From Acidobacteria bacterium 13_2_20CM_57_17 (GTDB taxonomy: Bacteria > Acidobacteriota > Terriglobia > Acidiferrales > UBA7541), in contig MNDE01000154.1 in assembly GCA_001914785.1 (NCBI GenBank), forward strand, positions 44,107 to 108,106: a stretch of DNA of 64,000 nucleotides. The letters run 5' to 3'. Numbering within the stretch: position 1 is the stretch's first letter; the number at the start of each line of letters is the position of its first letter. A model generated the notes under the pieces. That model searched no databases. It saw only the letters and a program-made list of their open reading frames with translations, and had not been told where the DNA came from. Below, piece by piece: positions 1-9,839 of the stretch. The translations under genes were made by a program, and so were the position numbers.

Positions 1-557
1 TTGACTGCGTCGAGTTCCATCTCGACTCCCGAAATGGTCTCAGGCCGCTTCCGAATGAATTTCCTGAGGGCCGTAAAGTAGTCTTCTCTTAGTTTTTTGT
101 ATTTCTCGGGATGCTCCGTCTGATCGACCTCAGAGAATTTTGGTTGAGGGAAACCCATCGTCACGCCGCCGCTGTTCGTCCGCTGGTACGCCAGCAGGAA
201 TTCCGGAGTGTTGAGGATATCGTCCGGTGTAAGCAGTTTGTCGAGGTCCAGTTGCGTGAGGTCCAGCGTGTCATGATCCTTCAGCCATGTCCGCAGCTCC
301 GGAGAAACCTTAAGCCCGTCAATGAACTGATCTCGCTGCGGAGCCGGATCCTTCTCTTCCACTTCCTTCACGATGTCCACGTAGCTCTTGGTGAGGATGA
401 AAAACGTGAATTGGCGCACGGGTTCCGGCCGCGCCGCTGTCGGCGTGATGCGCGCGACGAATTCGACCGCGCCAGTATCGCTTTGTGCCTGCGCACCACT
501 CACAAAAACAAATGCGCACAGCGCCACACTCATACTGAAAACAGCTCTTTTTCTCAT
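1..557 (-). CDS. Exported hypothetical protein, partial (runs off the window start)
   Basis: Read by hand: ATG at 557, MRKRAVFSMSVALCAFVFVSGAQAQ (signal peptide ending AQA), frame open to position 1. Not in the ORF track because it is truncated. Confidence 0.8.
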   Translation of the reverse strand, partial: MRKRAVFSMSVALCAFVFVSGAQAQSDTGAVEFVARITPTAARPEPVRQFTFFILTKSYVDIVKEVEEKDPAPQRDQFIDGLKVSPELRTWLKDHDTLDLTQLDLDKLLTPDDILNTPEFLLAYQRTNSGGVTMGFPQPKFSEVDQTEHPEKYKKLREDYFTALRKFIRKRPETISGVEMELDAV

Positions 558-656
558 GTCAAAATCGTAACAGAATTGCAAAACCAAAAGGCAGAACTTC
601 CCGCGCCGTATCCTGAACCGATAAATCAACGGTCCTCATTCGACCTGCAAACTTGC

Positions 657-1028
657 CTATCCGCCCTTGGCCTTGTTCTTAAGGAGCTTGGCGAGCCTTT
701 CTATCTCCTCGGTTTTCTTGACCATGTGGACGGAGAGCACTTCAGTCGTCGTGGTTTTCTGGACTTCTTCGCGCAACTCGCTTGTCAATTGGTACAGCCG
801 CTCGACTCCATCGCGGAATTCCTTCTCGTTTTGCTGCATGCGAGCGCGTCTCGCGGCAGCGGCGGCTCGCGGATTCGAGTGCATCTCCGCCGGGTTTGGT
901 GTCTCCGCCGGCTGCGGCGGTGGAGGTGGAGTTGGCGGATATTGGCCGACCAATCGGCTCTCCTCCGCTGCTAGAAAACCGGCCGCTCCCGCCATCGCCA
1001 GGACAAACATGCGCCTCGTCTCAAGCAT
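657..1028 (-). CDS. Small exported hypothetical protein (Pro-rich linker, coiled-coil C-terminus)
   Basis: GAGGAGG RBS; N-terminal TRRMFV plus hydrophobic stretch (Tat-like); helical C-terminus. Confidence 0.75.
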   Translation of the reverse strand: MLETRRMFVLAMAGAAGFLAAEESRLVGQYPPTPPPPPQPAETPNPAEMHSNPRAAAAARRARMQQNEKEFRDGVERLYQLTSELREEVQKTTTTEVLSVHMVKKTEEIERLAKLLKNKAKGG

Positions 1029-1084
1029 ACTGGCCTCCTCGCTGGAAAATTGATGATTGGGTTTTCGCGGCGCTCATGAACTGT

Positions 1085-1324
1085 TCAGCGAATTGCAAAG
1101 AGCAAGAAGAAAAGTGCCGTGGCAAGGCCGGCAAGCACTGCTCCCGCCAAGATTCGGAACATCATGGAAGAAGGCACTGTGGGAATGGGTCCAGGCGGCC
1201 TTTTGGGCGGAAACGGCGGATCCAAGACTCCAGCCCCTGTCAATTTGCGAGGCGGGCCGCCACCGCGGGCGGAGGAAGCTTGCGGGTCAAGTTCGTATTC
1301 GTTTTCGGCGAAGTCGTAGGGCAC
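1085..1324 (-). CDS. Small Pro-rich protein with C-terminal transmembrane helix
   Basis: Part of ORF 1085..1471; GTG at 1324 chosen because upstream codons overlap tonB; ends ILAGAVLAGLATALFFLLFAIR. Confidence 0.5.
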   Translation of the reverse strand: MPYDFAENEYELDPQASSARGGGPPRKLTGAGVLDPPFPPKRPPGPIPTVPSSMMFRILAGAVLAGLATALFFLLFAIR

Positions 1325-1358
1325 GTCAAAAAATGCTACTCCCTGGCCGAAGCGCTGT

Positions 1359-2306
1359 CTAGAACAGCCGGAAGAGCGCTTCGACCGTGACCCACGCCGA
1401 CACGGCTCGGTGCGCGTCATCATGCGCCGGAACAAATTTCCAGCCGCGAATGGCCTGCGCCGCGCGCTCATCCAGTCCCAGCCCTATTCCCTGCACGATT
1501 CGGATTTGCGAAGCGCGTCCGTCCGCGCAGACCAGGATGCGCAGTATCACCCTGCCTTGTAGTTTGGCTTCGCGCGCTTCGTCCGTGTATTGCGGGTCGG
1601 GGCAATACGCACATTTCGGTAACGTAACGCCGTTCCGGTATTTCGACTCCGACTCACCCAGCCCGCCCGGCCCATCGCGCCGACCATCACCCATGGTATT
1701 GCCGTCGCTGCTGCCAATCGTGTTGGAATCGCCCGGTCCTGGCGAGTTTGTATCGTCTTTCATCCACGGCAGGCCGATTTTGCTAACCGGAGTCAGGACT
1801 GGCGCTGCCGCTGGATCGAATATCGTCGGCGGCACTGGCATGTGTTCTTCCTGTTTCGGTGGGAGCGATGGCCGGACGATCTGAATGGAAGCAAGCGGCA
1901 CGAAATCTCCAGCCGTCGTTGGAATTGGCACGCGGCCCCCTCCGCTGCCGCTTCCCGGATCAGGAGCGCGGCCCGTGCTCGGTACAAACAAGCGCGACGG
2001 AACCGTAAGGCCTCTCAGGACTTTCATAGCGCCATTTTCCGGGGGATTCTCTGGCCTAAACGGATGAGCGGCGACTAGTGCAAGTGCCACGATGATTGTC
2101 GCATGCGTTAGAAAAGATACGCCCTGCGCGCGGCTCGAATGTGCCGGACTGTCAAAGCGCAAAAGATGCAGCGGTGCGCCATTCGCGGAACCTATCTTCC
2201 ATTTGCCCGGAATTAGGGCATCGCGAAAGTTTCCACGGATACGTTGAATCAGGGTATCTCTTGAATTCACTGAGGAAAGTAGCGAACGCACGAAGGAATC
2301 GCGCAT
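1359..2306 (-). CDS. Energy transducer TonB-family protein
   Basis: TM helix with His (SFLTHATIIVAL), Gly/Pro linker, TonB_C domain (CPDPQYTDEAREAKLQGRV...GLDERAAQAIRGWKFVPA). Confidence 0.88.
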   Translation of the reverse strand: MRDSFVRSLLSSVNSRDTLIQRIRGNFRDALIPGKWKIGSANGAPLHLLRFDSPAHSSRAQGVSFLTHATIIVALALVAAHPFRPENPPENGAMKVLRGLTVPSRLFVPSTGRAPDPGSGSGGGRVPIPTTAGDFVPLASIQIVRPSLPPKQEEHMPVPPTIFDPAAAPVLTPVSKIGLPWMKDDTNSPGPGDSNTIGSSDGNTMGDGRRDGPGGLGESESKYRNGVTLPKCAYCPDPQYTDEAREAKLQGRVILRILVCADGRASQIRIVQGIGLGLDERAAQAIRGWKFVPAHDDAHRAVSAWVTVEALFRLF

Positions 2307-2526
2307 GGGCAGGCCTCCGCGCCCGCCTCAAATTCTACCGCAGTTCCTCGACGAGGGGGCTGCGCACGCGTCATGAGAAGCCTGGCGCCCGCGATTGGTT
2401 GCCCGCAAAGAGGTCACTTAATGATGACAAGGCAAAATACCCTCGCGGCATGGGGATCGCGGAGCGCACAAATAGCCCGAAGGCCGCCCCAGCTTTTCGA
2501 TTTATCCGTGGAACAACTTGCTAGTA

Positions 2527-3747
2527 CTAGTAGAGGTGAAAAGTAACTTCAATCTGCACGCGGCAATTCACCGGCTTGCCGCTAGGGCCCACGGCCGGCC
2601 GCATCTTCCAATTCTTTACTTGGGAGAGAGCCTTTTCTTCCAAGCCGAGTCCGGGGCCCTTAATAACCACCGGGCTGATTACGCGCCCATCGGCAGTGAC
2701 CGTTACGTCGAGCAGCACGGTCCCTTGATACTTGGCTTTCCGAGCTTCGTCAGAATACTCTGGCTGCGGGCAGTAGATGCACATCGGCGAGCCCACGCCG
2801 TTCAGTCCTGCGCGGAAAACTCCGCCGCCTGTGCCGCCACCTTCGCCGGGGCCAAGGCCTCCGCCGGAACCGCTGCCGATACCAGTGCCATTACCATTCC
2901 CCAGCGAATCCGTGACATTTTTCGCCAGCGGATCACCGAAGTTCGCCATGTTAGGGCTCTGGATCTTCAGGTCCGGTGGACCAAGCAGCGAAGGATCCAT
3001 CGCTAGCTTGGGATTCAAATTCTGAATCTTCGCCTGAGGTGGCGTGAATTGTGTGTACGAAAACTTGGGCAGTTTGCCCTTCGACGTCGGAGTCAGCGTG
3101 TGGTTGTTTGCTCCGCCACCGCCGCCGGCCTTGTCATTGCCCGCGGGCAGCTTCGCTATATACGGCGAAATGTCCAGCGGCGTCACGGTCACTTTGTTCT
3201 TTGCCTCCGTCGAAGCGGGCAGCACATTCGTGAAAAGCGGAATCAGTAGGAGCCCGATCACCCCGATGTGCAGGACGACAGCAAGTATCTGGCTCGTGCC
3301 AAAGTTTTCATCCTTGGACCAGATGTCTTTCACTTTTACCGGCCGAATTCCAGGCGGCAGCGGCGCCTGCTTTGGAGGCGAGAAGAAGTCCCTGAGCCGG
3401 TCGCCGAATCCGCCGAAATTCGTGCCCCAGGCTACCGCCAACCTGCTGTTTACTCGCCCTCTGGATGCCGGGCCAGGACGCAAAAATTCAGCAAGGTTGC
3501 CCGCCAGTCCCGAGCCGAAATTCGTCTGTGTAAAGGGCGCATCTTTGCGCTCGCGCACCTTCACCGGGCGTTCCGTAAGGAACTGCTTCAGGTTCGACCA
3601 GAAATTATCCGGGATGAACAGATCGGGTTTGGTGAACTTTGGTACGGCCGAGGACGGGACCGGAACCGCAGGCGCACGGCCCACGGCGGACACCTTGGGT
3701 TTTGTAATTTGAGGCGGCAGCAGATTGATGAATTTGCCCGGCACCAT
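2527..3747 (-). CDS. Energy transducer TonB-family protein
   Basis: TM helix (ILAVVLHIGVIGLLL), GGGGG/GNGNGTGIGSG linker, TonB_C domain (CPQPEYSDEARKAKYQGTV). Confidence 0.9.
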   Translation of the reverse strand: MVPGKFINLLPPQITKPKVSAVGRAPAVPVPSSAVPKFTKPDLFIPDNFWSNLKQFLTERPVKVRERKDAPFTQTNFGSGLAGNLAEFLRPGPASRGRVNSRLAVAWGTNFGGFGDRLRDFFSPPKQAPLPPGIRPVKVKDIWSKDENFGTSQILAVVLHIGVIGLLLIPLFTNVLPASTEAKNKVTVTPLDISPYIAKLPAGNDKAGGGGGANNHTLTPTSKGKLPKFSYTQFTPPQAKIQNLNPKLAMDPSLLGPPDLKIQSPNMANFGDPLAKNVTDSLGNGNGTGIGSGSGGGLGPGEGGGTGGGVFRAGLNGVGSPMCIYCPQPEYSDEARKAKYQGTVLLDVTVTADGRVISPVVIKGPGLGLEEKALSQVKNWKMRPAVGPSGKPVNCRVQIEVTFHLY

Positions 3748-3953
3748 TTACCTCTTCAGTTTAGACGCACATTCCCTACATTCGGTGTACTCAACCGATA
3801 TGATTCGCGCTGGCCGGGAAAGGTTGCGCGCCCCACCCGGCTGACACCGGTTGCCATTCATTGTAACATAGCTGGTTACGCTGCTTCTCGATGTTTCCCG
3901 CCGTATACCTGTACAAACGGACGGCATAGAAGGGATTTACAAGCGCTCCAATT

Positions 3954-6803
3954 ATGACCGAACCACTCGAACTCAAGAAAACGCTGAATCTGCCGAAAAC
4001 GGATTTTCCGATGAAGGCCAGCCTCCCGCAGAACGAGCCCAAGCAGCTCGAAGCCTGGCACGGTGGAAATATTTACGAACGCATTCTGGAAGCGCGCAAA
4101 GGCAAGCCGCTCTTTGTTCTGCATGACGGCCCGCCATATCCCACGGGCGAAATTCATCTTGGCACCGGCCTGAACAAAATCCTCAAGGATCTGGTCGTCA
4201 AGACCAAGAGCATGGCGGGGCATTACGCGCCCTACGTGCCAGGCTGGGATTGCCACGGCCTGCCAATTGAGACCCAGGTGGAAAAAGAGCTGGGTGGAAA
4301 AGGAAAAGTACCCCCCGCGGAGTTCCGCAAGCTGTGCCGCCAGTTCGCGCTCCGTTACGTGGAACAGCACAAAAAAGATTTCAAGCGCCTCGGCATTTTC
4401 GGCCGCTGGAATGATCCCTATCTGACGATGAGCCACGAATACGAAGCCACCATCGCCAGCGCCTTTCTCGATTTCATGGAAAAAGGCTACGTCTACCGCG
4501 GCCGCAAGCCCGTCTACTGGTGCCTCTTTGATAGCACCGCTCTCGCCGAAGCCGAAGTCGAATACGAAGACCACACTAGCCCTTCAATCTGGGTGAAGTT
4601 CGCAGCTGTTGTTGGCGGCAGAGGCGAAGCTCCGAAAATTGGGCCTGATGTCAGCGCCGTTATCTGGACCACCACGCCCTGGACTATTCCGCACAATCAG
4701 GCGCTCGCCTTTCATCCCGACTTCGAATACGCCGTCGTCGAAACCGAAAAGGGCGCTCTACTTCTTGCCACCGATCGCGTCGCCGCGCTGCAAGCCGAAT
4801 GCGGGATCAAAGAAGCCAAAGCGCGCGCGACGTTCAAAGGCCGCGATTTCGATGGCATGAAGTTTCAGCACCCCTTTCTCCCCATTCACGTGCCCGGCAT
4901 TCTCGCCAATTACGTCACGCTCGATCAGGGCAGCGGTATTGTGCACACCGCTCCCGGCCACGGTGCCGACGACTTCTATTCTGGCCAAAAGTACGGGTTG
5001 GAGATCTATGCGCCCCTCGACGACAAGGGCGTCTACCTCGAAGGCTTGCCCGAATACAAGGGCAAAGACGTTTTCACCGCGAACCCCATCATCGTCAAAT
5101 TGCTCGGTGAGCGTGGCGCTCTTCTTGGCCATCACGAATACAAGCACAGCTATCCGCATTGCTGGCGCTGCCATAATCCGGTAATTTTCCGCGCCACCGA
5201 GCAGTGGTTCATCAAGATGGACCAGGCCGCTCACAGCAAGGACAAATCCCTGCGCCAGGAAGCGCTCGAAGAAATTCATCACGTGAAATGGATTCCCGCC
5301 TGGGGCGAGGACCGCATGTACGAAATGATCGAGAAGCGTCCGGACTGGTGCGTCTCGCGCCAGCGCTTCTGGGGCGTGCCTATCATCGTTTTTTATTGTG
5401 AAGGTTGTGGCACGCGCCTCGAAGATTTCAAAGCGCTGGGCAATGTCGTCAAATGGTTTGAAAAGGAAGGCGCCGACGCCTGGTACCAGCACACGCCGGA
5501 AGAATTGCTCCCTGCTGGCACCACTTGCACCTGCGGCGCGACAAAGTGGCGCAAGGAAAATGACATTCTCGACGTGTGGTTCGATTCCGGCTCTTCGAAC
5601 TTAGCCGTGCTGAAGGGAACCGAGTGGCCCGCCGACGTTTATCTCGAAGGCCCCGACCAATATCGCGGCTGGTTCCATAGTTCGCTGCTGGTGGCCACCG
5701 GCGTGCGCGACGCTGCGCCCTATCGCGGCGTCGTCACGCACGGTTGGACGCTCGACGAACAGGGCCGCCCGATGTCCAAGTCTCTGGGCAACGCCCTCTA
5801 TCCCATCGAAATTTGCGAAAAGTGGGGCGCGGATTTGCTTCGCCTTTGGGTTGGTTCCGTCGAATACCAGGCTGACGTGAAAATGAGCGAGCGCGTGATG
5901 ACCCAGCTCAGCGAAGCCTATCGCAAGATTCGCAACACCTTCCGCTTCGCACTCGGCAACCTCGGTGATTTCAATCCCTCGCGCGACGCGCTTTCGAACG
6001 ATCAACTCGAGGGATTTGACCGCTGGATGCTCGGCCGCACCGCCGAGCTCGTCAAGGAATGCCGCGAGTGGTACGCCAATTATGAATTCCACCGCGTCTA
6101 TCACGCCATCCACGACTATTGCGTCGTGGATCTCAGCGCGTTCTATTTCGATGTGCTGAAAGACCGGCTCTACACCAAAGCGCCCAGAAATAAATCGCGA
6201 CGCTCCGCGCAAACCGCCATCTGGAAAATCTCCAGCGCCCTGGTCCGTCTCGCCGCGCCAATTCTGGTTTTCACCTCCGAGGAAATCTGGAAGTATTTCC
6301 CCAAGTCACAGAGCGAACCGGAAAGCGTGCACTTGGCGCTCTTCCCGGAAGCTGCGGCAGTTGCTGGCGGACTCGCTAAAGACGCCGCCGAAAAGTGGGA
6401 GCGTCTCGCGCAAGTTCGCTCTGCTGTGCTCCTCGCCCTCGAGCAAGCGCGCGCCGCAAAAGCCATCGGTGGCAACCTCGAGGCCAAAGTCTTGCTCCAT
6501 GCCGATCCGCACGGCTCTGCTCTTCAAAAGCTCCTCGAAGAAAAACGTTCCGTTCTTCCCGCTCTCTTCATCGTTTCGCAAGTTGAAGTTCAGCCTTCGG
6601 CCATTCCCGGCTCCATCCAGGCCGAATCGCTGCCCGAGCTTTCCATCAAGATCGACCGCGCCGATGGCGCCAAATGCGATCGCTGCTGGAACTACTCCAC
6701 TCACGTCGGCGAAAACTCACGTTACCCGAAGGTCTGCGAGCGCTGCTCCGAAGCCCTCGCCGAAATCGAGAGAGATGGGTCGGTAAATGTGGCGGCGACT
6801 TAA
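3954..6803 (+). CDS. ileS: Isoleucine--tRNA ligase (type 1, C-terminal zinc finger)
   Basis: LNLPKTDFPM, LHDGPPY, PGWDCHGLPIE, WTTTPWT, DWCVSRQR, MSKSLGN, C-terminal CDRCW...CERC. Confidence 0.98.
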   Translation: MTEPLELKKTLNLPKTDFPMKASLPQNEPKQLEAWHGGNIYERILEARKGKPLFVLHDGPPYPTGEIHLGTGLNKILKDLVVKTKSMAGHYAPYVPGWDCHGLPIETQVEKELGGKGKVPPAEFRKLCRQFALRYVEQHKKDFKRLGIFGRWNDPYLTMSHEYEATIASAFLDFMEKGYVYRGRKPVYWCLFDSTALAEAEVEYEDHTSPSIWVKFAAVVGGRGEAPKIGPDVSAVIWTTTPWTIPHNQALAFHPDFEYAVVETEKGALLLATDRVAALQAECGIKEAKARATFKGRDFDGMKFQHPFLPIHVPGILANYVTLDQGSGIVHTAPGHGADDFYSGQKYGLEIYAPLDDKGVYLEGLPEYKGKDVFTANPIIVKLLGERGALLGHHEYKHSYPHCWRCHNPVIFRATEQWFIKMDQAAHSKDKSLRQEALEEIHHVKWIPAWGEDRMYEMIEKRPDWCVSRQRFWGVPIIVFYCEGCGTRLEDFKALGNVVKWFEKEGADAWYQHTPEELLPAGTTCTCGATKWRKENDILDVWFDSGSSNLAVLKGTEWPADVYLEGPDQYRGWFHSSLLVATGVRDAAPYRGVVTHGWTLDEQGRPMSKSLGNALYPIEICEKWGADLLRLWVGSVEYQADVKMSERVMTQLSEAYRKIRNTFRFALGNLGDFNPSRDALSNDQLEGFDRWMLGRTAELVKECREWYANYEFHRVYHAIHDYCVVDLSAFYFDVLKDRLYTKAPRNKSRRSAQTAIWKISSALVRLAAPILVFTSEEIWKYFPKSQSEPESVHLALFPEAAAVAGGLAKDAAEKWERLAQVRSAVLLALEQARAAKAIGGNLEAKVLLHADPHGSALQKLLEEKRSVLPALFIVSQVEVQPSAIPGSIQAESLPELSIKIDRADGAKCDRCWNYSTHVGENSRYPKVCERCSEALAEIERDGSVNVAAT

Positions 6804-6820
6804 AATGTTCTCCGCCGCTG

Positions 6821-6860
6821 TCTCCTGTACCTCCTTAATCTCCTTCACTTCCTTAACCTC
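6821..6860 (+). repeat. Tandem 9-nt pyrimidine-rich repeat (about 4.5 copies)
   Basis: TCTCCTGTA CCTCCTTAA TCTCCTTCA CTTCCTTAA CCTC directly before the lspA ATG. Confidence 0.8.
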
Positions 6861-7382
6861 ATGACCCTTGCTTCTCGCCTTCGCTTTCTCTGGCTCACTC
6901 TCGCCGTCGTCTTCCTCGATCGCGCCTCCAAGGCCTGGATCGAGTCCCGCCCCAGTGACCACTCTCCGCACCTCGTCATTCAAAACTTTTTCTATCTCGT
7001 TGACTCCCGCAACCCCGGCATCGCTTTCAGTTTTCTCGCCGGTCTTTCCTCTCCCGCCTTGCGCGTGTTCCTTATCTGCGGCTCCCTCATCATCATCGCT
7101 GTCATCGCTTGGCTGCTCGTCGCTGGCCGCGGCATCTGCTCCCTTCACGCCGCAGGCCTGGCCCTTCTCCTCGGCGGCGCCACTGGCAACGTCACCGACC
7201 GCATCCTGCATGGCGCCGTCACTGATTTCATCGAAGTCTATCTTCATTTCCTTCCATGGCGAATTTTCAATCCTTGGCCCGCTTTCAATGTTGCCGACTC
7301 CGCTATCACGATTGGCGCCATCCTTATCCTTATTGACGTATTATTTGGCCGCCGGTCTGATACACCGCATTCAAGTTCGTGA
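6861..7382 (+). CDS. lspA: Lipoprotein signal peptidase II
   Basis: DRASK, NPGIAFS, GATGNVTDR, GAVTDFI, WPAFNVADSAI motifs; follows ileS. Confidence 0.97.
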   Translation: MTLASRLRFLWLTLAVVFLDRASKAWIESRPSDHSPHLVIQNFFYLVDSRNPGIAFSFLAGLSSPALRVFLICGSLIIIAVIAWLLVAGRGICSLHAAGLALLLGGATGNVTDRILHGAVTDFIEVYLHFLPWRIFNPWPAFNVADSAITIGAILILIDVLFGRRSDTPHSSS

Positions 7383-7400
7383 CCGCCGCAGTCGAGGTGA

Positions 7401-8882
<1,482 letters not shown>

Positions 8883-8937
8883 TCTGTTGGAACACCATCG
8901 CTGGAAACCATTTTGTCCTAAACAACGTCATAAAATT

Positions 8938-9462
8938 ATGATGAGAACTATTCTCGCCGCCATTTTCCTGGCGGTTTTCGCCGTTCCGGTCTTGGCGCAA
9001 GACCCGCCACCAACGGCGTCTACCCGTGGCGGCTGCGGCCCCAGCGAGACGTATTTCGACGTAAAGACGAACAAGAAGCAGCGTCCTGTGGCACCCACGG
9101 ATAGTGGCAAGGCCCTCGTCTACGTCTTCGAGGATATTGAGCGTGGTCCCACAATGAGAGTGGGGTTCGATGGCGCGTGGGTCGGAGCCAACAAAGGCAA
9201 GTCTTATTTTTTCTTTTCCGTGGATCCCGGCGATCATCAAGTCTGCACCAATTGGCAATCGGGCACCTTCAAGGAAACCTCCAAGCGCATTGGTTCGGCC
9301 ACTACTATTACGGCCGAAGGAGGCAAGGTTTATTACTTGCGGGTCCAAGTCTATGAACGAAGCGAGCAGGACCGCAATGTGAAACTGGAACCGGTTGAGC
9401 CAGCCGAAGGCCAGTTCCTTATTTCCGCTTCCGCGTTCAGTACCTTCCGCGCCAAAAACTGA
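8938..9462 (+). CDS. Exported protein, DUF2846-like
   Basis: Signal peptide MMRTILAAIFLAVFAVPVLA; GKALVYVF, YFFFSVDPGDH, AEGGKVYYLR pattern. Confidence 0.75.
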   Translation: MMRTILAAIFLAVFAVPVLAQDPPPTASTRGGCGPSETYFDVKTNKKQRPVAPTDSGKALVYVFEDIERGPTMRVGFDGAWVGANKGKSYFFFSVDPGDHQVCTNWQSGTFKETSKRIGSATTITAEGGKVYYLRVQVYERSEQDRNVKLEPVEPAEGQFLISASAFSTFRAKN

Positions 9463-9839
9463 TTGGCTCTAACTTATTGCTGCGCTGGCCAGTTACGCGC
9501 CATTCAGGTGTCTCCCATCTCCTTTTGCAGCATCCACCCGATTGCCTTCGCGTTTCTGGTGGTGCATACCTAGAGCGGCTGCAAGCTGCCTCGAAGCTAG
9601 CCGAATGCGAGAAAGGGTGGATGATCAAGTTCAGGGCGTGCGAAGAAGAACGTAATCGCACTCTAAGCCCAAACGTTTGGAAGGCGCAGCACTTTTAGCG
9701 CGAATTCCAGGTGCTCCTCGTCCCTGCCGTTTCCATGACTCTGATTTGAAGCATGGCGCGCTCGCCCCGCGCGCTTCAGGCATGGGTAGTTTGTTCTGAC
9801 AGCGACAGAATCCATCGCCCAGCACCCTACGGAGGAAAG

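Noticed and set aside
111-974. 287-aa plus-strand ORF, and the many other long antisense ORFs in the track
   Set aside because: Shadow frames of well-supported opposite-strand genes in GC-rich DNA; no recognisable motifs.
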